Virus record (IMG/VR): IMGVR_UViG_2836824207_000004
Coordinates: 10,278 to 74,277 of that record
Origin: a virus
Lineage: Duplodnaviria > Heunggongvirae > Uroviricota > Caudoviricetes
Direction: 5' to 3' (one strand)
Length of the DNA: 64,000 nt
Shown here: positions 1 through 7,554 of the stretch, one piece after another
Layout: each line of letters opens with the position of its first letter
How positions within the stretch are numbered: the first letter of the stretch is position 1
The notes under the pieces: generated by a model
The model's input: the letters and a program-made list of their open reading frames with translations, nothing else
Database searches by the model: none
What the model was told of the DNA's origin: nothing
Program-made: the position numbers and the translations under genes

Positions 1-2395
1 CACGTTCTTCTTTTAAATTGAGCTTGTTAAACTGTTCGATCACCGTTTTAGCTAGCGTTTTTTGACTTGGCTCAATAAAATAACGCGTCATCTCTGAACT
101 CAGATCTCGATCAAGTAAGGTTTTTGTTACTTTATTAATAAAATTAAATGGGTGAGCCAACACTTCTGGCGTTTCACCTGTTTTAAGTGTAAGAGCCATC
201 ATATGTTCTTGTGTTTCCAAAGACACGTCCCCGTTTTTATCCACATAGCGTTTGGCTAAACGATAATCGGTTTTTAATGTTTCAATTGCTGCTTTAGTTT
301 CTTCAAATAAAGCGATATGAGTTTCGTTTTCTTCACTTTCTGGAATGTAATCTCGCCCATTTGGTAAATCATCAGCATTTTTAATCGCCGCAACGGATTG
401 AATAAGTTTGCGAAGCACGCCAACATTACGTAGCCCAGAAAAAACTTCAGTTTCCACTTCTCGCCCATCTACGGTACTTTCCTCGCGGGTCTCAATATAG
501 CAAAAATTTTCCAAAAATTGATCCGCACCTTTAATCCCTGTAAGACCATTGACTTTTTCTTCGCCGACAGCCAAAGAAAGCATTGAATAAATTTCTAATG
601 GGGAATTCGTAATAGGGGTTGCCGTGAGACAAAGTACACCATCTTGCTTTTGATTTTGCCCTCGTATATACCAGGCTTTAACCGCACCATTCACACCTCT
701 TGCTGAGGGATCAGCAAGTGAAAGCCATTTAACACGGCTACCAAAATTTCCTTTTTTGCCATTTTTGAAATTATGAGCTTCATCAATCACAAGACTATCA
801 ATGCCCATCAGCTCCAATAATTCGTTTTTCATTTTAGAGCCAATTAATTTTTTCAATTTGGCTAATGCCGATTTAAGCCGCTCATTATCCGCTGTACGTT
901 CTCCAAATTCATATTGGCGATCAAATTGACCTTGTGCCGATAAATAACGTTCAAGCGTATCGTCTTTCAATGAAATGGATTCAAAAGCTTCCATTGTCAT
1001 AAAAATCTTATCGTGCTTATTGTCCAAAATTGACACTAAATCAGCAGGCACTTCACTGGATTTTACGCTGAGATTGCCAGCTTTATCTTCTCTAATACCA
1101 ACAAATAAACAACGTGCAAAAACCTCATCAGCGTAAATGCCTTTTGCCTCTTTTCTCCAGTTAGTCAGCGTCGTATTAGGCACACAGAAAATCGTTTTCT
1201 TTTTAATGTTAATGGATTGTAAATGCTGAATGGTTAATAACGCACTCGCCGTTTTCCCAAGCCCTACATCAAATCCACAGATCCCACCAAATTGACGTGA
1301 TTGCTGGCGAATAAACGCCGCTTGATGAGGGCGGGGTTGGAAATCTGAATTTATCCCTATCATATTTAATGGTTCGCCATTCTCAATATTGCGGAACATT
1401 AACGCATCAGGATCATTGACTTTCTTATCGATTTCACCCATTAATTTTGAATTAGATTTCACCCACGCAGAGAAACGAATATTGGCAGAAGCAAGGATTT
1501 TTTTCATTAATACTCGACGTTCTTTGTCTTCTTCTTTTGTTTTCGCCGCCGTGGTAAAGCTGTGTGTGGTGACAAAGTTCGCTACACGCTTTAATACTTT
1601 GTCTTCAATGCTTTCATAAGAAGATGAACGGGAGGGCTTAAACTCAACCACCTGCTCCCCTTTCGTATTGGTACGAACAATGAAATTGCCCCTGCCATTT
1701 GAAACATATTGATTAAGAAAACGTACACGATCTTCAAGGCTAACAAAACTGGTTGTGATCTCAAAATCCATATCACGCACATTTGCACGCAATAACCGTT
1801 CTTCTGCTGCATTAAGTTGATTAATGAGCTGTATTTTATGTTCCCCCTCAGCTTGAGCAATCGCCTCTTCGTGTAATGTTCGAAAATCTCCAAAGTTTCC
1901 CGAATAATAATCCTCAGCGGAAATAATATTTTCACCGTTTAAGCTCACACACCATTCTTGAGATTGATTTAAATCAATCTCTGGAAAATGTTGTTGGAAA
2001 ATGGCTTTTGAAATTCCTCCATTAAGCCCAAATTTCGCCCCTTGCTCATACAGCAATTTTTCGTATTGTTGTGAAACGCTAAGCGAGGTGTTTTGTTCTG
2101 CTATTTGTGCCGTTTGCCCGAGCCAATACTCAGAAAAACGATTATGTTTTACCTCATAAACTTTAGGCGTTGAAGTCATAATCTTCAATGTGCCTTTCAT
2201 TCGTTTATCAAACCACACAGGGACGCGTGTTTTAGTAAGACGCAAGCGTTTGATTTGCTCTGAAAGCGTAGGGTAGAGTTCAAGTTTGTTAATGTTAGAT
2301 TGATTGGCGTGTTTTTGTTCGGCTTCATCATAAGCCAAAACCACAGTTGCCGTGGTTAAATCATTTAAAGAGAGCATTGTTTTCCCCTTGGTCAT
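1..2395 (-). CDS. SNF2-family DEAD/DEAH-box helicase, N-terminal ~800 aa; gene runs past window start
   Basis: Manual minus-strand translation from ATG at 2393-2395 stays open to position 1. It is absent from the ORF track because no stop lies in the window. Motif I ...RQFGGICGFDVGLGKTASALL (~1230-1270) and the DEAH box SLVIDEAHNFKN (~765-800) are present. The first ~300 aa have no recognised domain. Confidence 0.8.
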   Translation of the reverse strand, partial: MTKGKTMLSLNDLTTATVVLAYDEAEQKHANQSNINKLELYPTLSEQIKRLRLTKTRVPVWFDKRMKGTLKIMTSTPKVYEVKHNRFSEYWLGQTAQIAEQNTSLSVSQQYEKLLYEQGAKFGLNGGISKAIFQQHFPEIDLNQSQEWCVSLNGENIISAEDYYSGNFGDFRTLHEEAIAQAEGEHKIQLINQLNAAEERLLRANVRDMDFEITTSFVSLEDRVRFLNQYVSNGRGNFIVRTNTKGEQVVEFKPSRSSSYESIEDKVLKRVANFVTTHSFTTAAKTKEEDKERRVLMKKILASANIRFSAWVKSNSKLMGEIDKKVNDPDALMFRNIENGEPLNMIGINSDFQPRPHQAAFIRQQSRQFGGICGFDVGLGKTASALLTIQHLQSINIKKKTIFCVPNTTLTNWRKEAKGIYADEVFARCLFVGIREDKAGNLSVKSSEVPADLVSILDNKHDKIFMTMEAFESISLKDDTLERYLSAQGQFDRQYEFGERTADNERLKSALAKLKKLIGSKMKNELLELMGIDSLVIDEAHNFKNGKKGNFGSRVKWLSLADPSARGVNGAVKAWYIRGQNQKQDGVLCLTATPITNSPLEIYSMLSLAVGEEKVNGLTGIKGADQFLENFCYIETREESTVDGREVETEVFSGLRNVGVLRKLIQSVAAIKNADDLPNGRDYIPESEENETHIALFEETKAAIETLKTDYRLAKRYVDKNGDVSLETQEHMMALTLKTGETPEVLAHPFNFINKVTKTLLDRDLSSEMTRYFIEPSQKTLAKTVIEQFNKLNLKEER

Positions 2396-2443
2396 ATTTT
2401 CTCAAGAGAATTATGAATAATGTAAAGTTAGACCATTGGGAAA

Positions 2444-2460
2444 TTTTCCTATTAGGAAAA
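2444..2460. promoter_or_regulatory. 17-bp near-palindrome TTTTCCTATTAGGAAAA (copy 1 of 6) in divergent helicase/rha intergenic region
   Basis: Exact motif, repeated at 10631, 20334, 25138 (inverse orientation), 28863 (half) and 35344 (half). All copies sit 30-70 bp upstream of minus-strand late-type genes. Confidence 0.5.
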
Positions 2461-2607
2461 ATCAAAATTTCTCTTTTCATCTATTTCTTATTATTCACTC
2501 AAGCCCTAAAAGATAGTGCCAGTACTCACGAAAGCAGCGTTTATACTTTCCGCTCGCTGTTTCTTTTAGGGTGCTTGAGTCACCTAGCGGAAATAAGGAA
2601 AGTTAAA

Positions 2608-3138
2608 ATGCAATTAGCCAACCCAGAAAATTTTAAACAGTTTGTACAAATTAAAGATAACAGTACGGTAACCACTTCTGAGATTGTGGCAAAAGTGTTT
2701 GGAAAGCGACACGATAATGTTATTCGTGATATTCGGGCTATTCTACAAGAATGCGATGAGGATTTTGCAAAACTCAATTTTGAGGTTTGTTTTAAAATCA
2801 ATAAGTTACAGAATGGTAAACCCACACCTTATTATAATTTAACTAAAAACGGATTTATGTTACTTGTAATGGGCTATAAATCCAAAAAAGCAATGAAGAT
2901 GAAAATTGCTTATATTCAAGCTTTTGATTATATGGCTGGTGAATTGGCAAAAGGGGCGGCAGGGTTACTAGAGCAGTATTATCAATTATTAGGTGAGCAT
3001 AATGCCGAAAAACAATTTGCTAGTCTTTGTGGCAAAGGGTTAAACCAATGGAAAGAGAAAAAACCATTAATTGAGGCAACACTTCGATTATTTGAAGACA
3101 AAATGCAAATTGAGCTACCATTATTGAATAAGCTCTAA
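2608..3138 (+). CDS. Rha-family phage regulatory protein (antirepressor-like)
   Basis: N-terminus MQLANPENFKQFVQIKDNSTVTTSEIVAKVFGKRHDNVIRDIR matches the Rha (pRha) domain pattern. An AAGGA RBS precedes the ATG at 2608. The track ORF starts earlier at 2347 but overlaps the helicase start. Confidence 0.7.
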   Translation: MQLANPENFKQFVQIKDNSTVTTSEIVAKVFGKRHDNVIRDIRAILQECDEDFAKLNFEVCFKINKLQNGKPTPYYNLTKNGFMLLVMGYKSKKAMKMKIAYIQAFDYMAGELAKGAAGLLEQYYQLLGEHNAEKQFASLCGKGLNQWKEKKPLIEATLRLFEDKMQIELPLLNKL

Positions 3139-3156
3139 GCATACGAAAAATTAAAT

Positions 3157-3186
3157 CCCTGTTGACCTCAGCAGGGTTTTCTTTTA
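3157..3186 (+). terminator. Rho-independent terminator after rha
   Basis: Hairpin ccctg-ttgacctcag-caggg followed by a T-run. Confidence 0.6.
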
Positions 3187-3320
3187 TATTACCCACATAG
3201 GCGTCGAAACCTACAACCAAAGGCGGTAATCCGCACCCGACAGCATAGCGGTTTTTTTATGCGTAAAATTTGTGTTTCTCCTTTTTTCTCATAACGAATT
3301 GAACGCACATATCACTCTAT

Positions 3321-3398
3321 GCCGAGAGGGCGGAGAATAAAACACCCGAAAGGGGAATAATCCCGACCGTTCCTTTGGCGGTTTTCGAACCTCTTGGC
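3321..3398 (+). ncRNA. Conserved structured 5-prime leader element, copy A (cis-regulatory RNA candidate)
   Basis: Closing stem gccgagagg / cctcttggc encloses an acccGAAAgggg GNRA hairpin and a second hairpin. It is homologous to copies B (4225-4301) and C (36564-36639) with compensatory base changes. It is preceded by a conserved block GCGGTTTTTTT..TAAAATTTGTGTTTCTCCTTTT. Confidence 0.35.
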
Positions 3399-3419
3399 AA
3401 CCCAACTTAAGGACTAGAA

Positions 3420-3899
3420 GTGCAATTTGTCGAAACAAGTGAGAATAACATCACTTATATTCATACCGAATTTAATATTGAAAATGTAACTTATTTAGCC
3501 ATTTTTTCAAAAGATGATGAAACGTTATTTTTCTTTAACGATGACGTAAATATAACAAAATACATTCATCATCGTCAGGTATATTCTATTAAATTTCTTG
3601 TGAAAGATTATCTTGAAACAGAAAATGATGATTTGTACGCGCCACCGTTGGATCATAAATTTGGCAAAAAACAAATTGCTGAATTAAAACAAAAACTTGA
3701 GGAAATTGTCTATCAGCATTATTTAAGGTTTAAGCCAGATTGCTATGTTTTTGTAGGGGAACGCCCTTCATTAATCAGAATGTATAAAAAACTTTGTGCA
3801 AACCCAAGCGATTTTATGGTAAACTTTAAGCCAATAACGGATTTAGGCAGTCATAGAGATTGTTTTGTGATAAAAACCCCATCCTACAAGGAGGAATAA
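3420..3899 (+). CDS. hypothetical protein (159 aa), GTG start
   Basis: ORF with an AAGGA RBS, lying behind leader copy A. No recognisable domain. Confidence 0.5.
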   Translation: MQFVETSENNITYIHTEFNIENVTYLAIFSKDDETLFFFNDDVNITKYIHHRQVYSIKFLVKDYLETENDDLYAPPLDHKFGKKQIAELKQKLEEIVYQHYLRFKPDCYVFVGERPSLIRMYKKLCANPSDFMVNFKPITDLGSHRDCFVIKTPSYKEE

Positions 3900-3900
3900 A

Positions 3901-4011
3901 ATGATGAAGAAAACGACCGCTGCCGAAATGAAAAAACAAGCAGCCCAAAAATTTAAAAAAGCGTATCAACAAGCGAAAAAAAATGGCGCACTAAAAGAAA
4001 TTTCAGAATAA
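3901..4011 (+). CDS. small basic protein (36 aa)
   Basis: Strong RBS AAGGAGG 8 nt upstream of ATG 3901. Sequence MMKKTTAAEMKKQAAQKFKKAYQQAKKNGALKEISE. Below the ORF-track length cutoff. Confidence 0.45.
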   Translation: MMKKTTAAEMKKQAAQKFKKAYQQAKKNGALKEISE

Positions 4012-4028
4012 CCCCCTTAGTACAATTA

Positions 4029-4060
4029 CCCCTAGCAGTGAAAATTGGTAGGGGTTTTTC
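4029..4060 (+). terminator. terminator-like hairpin plus T-run
   Basis: acccctagc...gtaggggttttt. Confidence 0.4.
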
Positions 4061-4224
4061 ATTTGACAACCCAAATTTATTTCATTACTATTAGTTTCAT
4101 AGGTGTCAGAACCTTAGTAGCGGGAATCCGCAACCGAAATCCAATGCGGTTTTTTTGTGTCTAAAATTTGGTGTTTCTCCTTTTCTCAGCCAAGTTTAAC
4201 AAAAAACGGTAAATGACAATCAAT

Positions 4225-4301
4225 GATCGAGTGGGTGAGGAATACAATACCCGAAAGGGAAATAACTCCAGCTTACTACTAGGCTTCTGAACCACTCGAT
4301 C
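4225..4301 (+). ncRNA. Conserved structured 5-prime leader element, copy B
   Basis: 10-bp closing stem gatcgagtgg / ccactcgatc, internal cccGAAAggg GNRA hairpin and agctt..aggct hairpin. About 85% identical to copy C, with GU and compensatory changes. Confidence 0.4.
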
Positions 4302-4360
4302 ACCAGTTACCTTTATGATAAAGGCAACTGACATTATTCAGAAAATTAGTAGAGGCAATT

Positions 4361-5257
4361 ATGTCAAATATCATCACCGCTGATTACAACGGCACTCAAG
4401 TTTTCTTTCAAAACGACGCTTATCTCAATGCAACAGCAATTGCTAAACGCTTTAACAAACGCCCTAATGATTGGCTAAATTTACCAACCACACAAGAGTA
4501 CATTGAAGCCTTATCAAAAGCCGAAACAAGAAAATCTGGTAACGCTACCAAAGTGGAAAAATCCCACTTTGTAAAAACAGTAAGAGGTGGTAAAAATTTA
4601 TCAAAGCAAGGAACTTGGCTACATCGCCGTTTAGCTGTTCCATTCGCCCGTTGGTTAAATGTTGAATTTGCAATTTGGTGCGATGAAGAAATCGAGAAAA
4701 TACTAATCGGGCAAAAACAGGCAAACTTATTAACAACAGAAAACGACACCATCACCCCCGAAGAACAACGCCTTATTCAAAACGCCGTTGCTGCAACTCA
4801 TCAACGTACCAAAATGAGTTATGGCGAAATCTGGGCAAGAGTGAAAAATAAATTTGCGGTGGCGAAATATGAGCAAATCAAACGCAAAGATCATCGTGAT
4901 GTGATGATTTACATTGCTTCAATGCACTCAATGCAAGAATTGCCACCCAATAGCCTTGCGTTAGATATGGAAAATTTCTATATGCTAGCTAAAGCAATGA
5001 ATTACATCAATCATTCTGTTGCCGCTTGGGAGCGTTTAGAAGATTTATTTTCTGATTTGGAAAGCCATAAAAACTACAAAACCGCTTTCAACCTTGGCAC
5101 TGCGAGCAATCGCCTTGCACAAACGCTAGAAAGCTTTATCGCCAAGCACACCCAATCGCTTAAAGATAAAAACATACGCGAAGAAATCGAAAACTTGATT
5201 TTTAACAGCCCAAGAACAGAGCAAAGCCCCACAAAAACCGTAAATTACTTACGTTAA
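4361..5257 (+). CDS. phage antirepressor: KilA-N-like N-terminal domain plus C-terminal domain shared with the 35588-36523 paralog
   Basis: N-terminus ITADYNGTQVFFQNDAYLNATAIAKRFNKRPNDWLNL is KilA-N-like. The C-terminal ~170 aa is ~95% identical to the paralog. Confidence 0.7.
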   Translation: MSNIITADYNGTQVFFQNDAYLNATAIAKRFNKRPNDWLNLPTTQEYIEALSKAETRKSGNATKVEKSHFVKTVRGGKNLSKQGTWLHRRLAVPFARWLNVEFAIWCDEEIEKILIGQKQANLLTTENDTITPEEQRLIQNAVAATHQRTKMSYGEIWARVKNKFAVAKYEQIKRKDHRDVMIYIASMHSMQELPPNSLALDMENFYMLAKAMNYINHSVAAWERLEDLFSDLESHKNYKTAFNLGTASNRLAQTLESFIAKHTQSLKDKNIREEIENLIFNSPRTEQSPTKTVNYLR

Positions 5258-5339
5258 AAACCTAACCAAAACCGACCGCACTTCCTCGTGAACCGTGTGG
5301 CGGTTTTGCTCAACCTAAATTCAGTGAAAAGGTGGAATT

Positions 5340-5456
5340 ATGTTCAGAATTTTAATGATTATCGGCTTGTTGTGGTGTGCGTACGAACTCGATTTAGCTT
5401 CAGACTGCGATGGGCATTATTGTGGAATAACCACAGATTTGTTAGTGAAAAAGTAA
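5340..5456 (+). CDS. small hydrophobic protein (38 aa), conserved in both antirepressor cassettes
   Basis: RBS AAGGTGG precedes the ATG. Sequence MFRILMIIGLLWCAYELDLASDCDGHYCGITTDLLVKK. The paralog at 35389-35505 differs only by conservative substitutions. Confidence 0.5.
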   Translation: MFRILMIIGLLWCAYELDLASDCDGHYCGITTDLLVKK

Positions 5457-5464
5457 GAAAAAAA

Positions 5465-5495
5465 CGACCGCACTTTGTTGTGCGGTTCTTTATCT
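5465..5495. terminator. bidirectional terminator formed by an inverted USS pair
   Basis: accgcac-tttgtt-gtgcggt flanked by A/T runs. It lies between convergent genes. Confidence 0.6.
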
Positions 5496-5502
5496 TTACC
5501 AC

Positions 5503-6492
5503 TTACTGAATAAACGTGTCCGTTTGAACAAATCGCATCGTAAATTCTTGCATTGCGTCTTCTCGGCGACTGAAATCATATTCAATGCCAACAGGGCGGG
5601 CGATAATGGTTTCTTCAAAGCCACCGTTATTTGTCGCATCATTCACAAAAGCGTGCAGAATGCGGATTTGCACTAAACCGTCTAATAATACGCCCACCGT
5701 GCCATCTTTATGGATCATTGCTGAGGCTTGTTGTTTGAAAAAGCGTTTGATTGTGCCTTGTTCATCGTCCATTGTGGTGATCGATATTTCCGCCTGTTGT
5801 GAGCTTTTTACGCCATCAATGATTGCCGAACCGACATTGTACTGATCAGCCTCAATGGAGAATGGCGTGTAATTAATTTCTGTCGCTAACATATTAAAAT
5901 TAGAGGTAATCCCTCCGCCTTGTTCTCCTAATGCATTCAAAACAGGGATTGAATTAATAGCGTGATTGATGGCAGTTGTTGTAATTGATCCCGCAGCTTT
6001 GCCCCACGCACCACCGATACTAGACGAGAGTTCAGAACCGACTGCCTGACTAATCATTCCGCTTAGACTTCCAAATGCAGATCCTGAATAAGGGGAGATA
6101 TTTAGGAGCCATAAATTCTTTCTTGCTTGCTCTGTCGCATAGGATAACATTATTAATCTTTTGACTTCTTCCTGAGATAACTTCGCTGTCAAAGGACTAC
6201 TTGCAAGCCAAAACTTACTGGAATCGCTACCTATTAATCCTGGTATAAACTTATTGAGTACATTTGAGTTAATAATTGATCCCACAACATTTGCGACATT
6301 CTCAGCATTAAATCCTCCATTGATAAGTTGAACCGCCCCATTAAGAAAAGGGAGCTTATCAGAAGACATTTTAGACGCTGCTATTTTTACGCCCTGATTA
6401 ACAAGCGTATTTCCTATCTTCCCTAATGGGCTATCGCCAAATAAGTCCATTGCTCCGTTTCCTTTAGAACCAACTTCATCAAAAATTCCCAT
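5503..6492 (-). CDS. hypothetical protein (329 aa), Gly/Ser-rich, co-operonic with the ejection-type protein
   Basis: Track ORF ending 1 nt before the upstream gene. No recognised domain. Confidence 0.55.
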   Translation of the reverse strand: MGIFDEVGSKGNGAMDLFGDSPLGKIGNTLVNQGVKIAASKMSSDKLPFLNGAVQLINGGFNAENVANVVGSIINSNVLNKFIPGLIGSDSSKFWLASSPLTAKLSQEEVKRLIMLSYATEQARKNLWLLNISPYSGSAFGSLSGMISQAVGSELSSSIGGAWGKAAGSITTTAINHAINSIPVLNALGEQGGGITSNFNMLATEINYTPFSIEADQYNVGSAIIDGVKSSQQAEISITTMDDEQGTIKRFFKQQASAMIHKDGTVGVLLDGLVQIRILHAFVNDATNNGGFEETIIARPVGIEYDFSRREDAMQEFTMRFVQTDTFIQ

Positions 6493-7554
6493 TTACTCCT
6501 CCCCTGTTTTATTTTGTCTAATTTGTGCTTCAACTTGATGCAAGGCAGATAATACATTAAGCTTTTGTTGTGCATTTTTTCTATCTTTCCTAAATCGCGT
6601 TGGTGTTGGATTACTTAATGTTTGGCGATAACGAGAAAATAAGGTCGCTGCTATTTTTTGTTCTTGTTCACTTAAAATATCCCCATTTTCAACTTGCATT
6701 TTTGCAATATGCCGTTCCATCTGTCGCCTTGTGGTTTGCGTTTTGACTATTTTCGTCTTATCTTTCACTTGATATTGTTTCAAAATCGCTTTCACCAAAA
6801 ACTTATGAAATCCTGCATTTTTCTGAATGGTTTGCATTACCCGCAAAACGTGTTTACAAGCAATACCGTGTAAATTAGGATTGCGGATTTTAGGATAGGC
6901 TGTTTCTTTTCGTGCTAATGGATTTGTCCCCACATAAGCAAACCCGCCAATGGTTGCAATATAGCGATACCAGAATGTATGCCGTCCACAATCACAATCA
7001 AATTTTAATAATGAGGTTTTAAGTTGTTTGGCATCAATTTCGGCTTGCTTTTTAGGTTCGAGGTTAATCAGATGTTTGGTAATTGAACCAAATGCAGTAA
7101 ATTCAACATTGACATAATGTTTAGTCTCATTATATTTACCACTTGCTGCTGTGATAAAAGTAATCACTAAAGATCCTCTTGATGGGAGATAGCTTGCAGC
7201 AACAGGCTGTGCCCAAGGAATTTCCTTACTTGCTCTGGTTCTATCAATCGCACGAGACTTATTAATCACAAACTCAGCTGTTACCCCCTCTTTATATTTG
7301 CTATCTAAACGATGTCGTTTTCTATCAAATTCAATGAGGTCCTCTGCAGTGATCGGTCTTGACACCCCACCTAATGTGGTATTTAAAATCTCAGAAAAAC
7401 TCCCCTGAGATAAATCACCATACATTTCAGCAATTCTATGTTCAGGCAATAATCGAGAATGCTCTACGTGATTTCTTCGACTAATCTCTTGTTTAGCCCG
7501 AACTTTTTGGTGATTTAATTCAATGGACGCGATAGATGCTTGTCTTGCCATCAT
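6493..7554 (-). CDS. SWIM-type zinc-finger protein (353 aa)
   Basis: CDCGRHTFWYRYIATIGGFAYVG...HGIACKHVLRV fits the CxCx(n)CxH SWIM signature. Confidence 0.55.
   Translation of the reverse strand: MMARQASIASIELNHQKVRAKQEISRRNHVEHSRLLPEHRIAEMYGDLSQGSFSEILNTTLGGVSRPITAEDLIEFDRKRHRLDSKYKEGVTAEFVINKSRAIDRTRASKEIPWAQPVAASYLPSRGSLVITFITAASGKYNETKHYVNVEFTAFGSITKHLINLEPKKQAEIDAKQLKTSLLKFDCDCGRHTFWYRYIATIGGFAYVGTNPLARKETAYPKIRNPNLHGIACKHVLRVMQTIQKNAGFHKFLVKAILKQYQVKDKTKIVKTQTTRRQMERHIAKMQVENGDILSEQEQKIAATLFSRYRQTLSNPTPTRFRKDRKNAQQKLNVLSALHQVEAQIRQNKTGEE

Larger units (their letters stand above)
4080..5495 (+). repeat. antirepressor cassette B (leader, ant gene, hairpin, 38-aa ORF, USS terminator); inverted repeat partner of 35355-36760
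   Basis: About 240 bp of 5-prime and ~750 bp of 3-prime sequence near-identical to cassette C. The central ~400 bp encodes different N-terminal domains. Confidence 0.7.

Noticed and set aside
5288-5509. Track ORF 5288-5509 (73 aa)
   Set aside because: It spans two terminator hairpins and has poor coding character. The short in-frame-independent 38-aa ORF 5340-5456 with an RBS and a conserved paralog is preferred.
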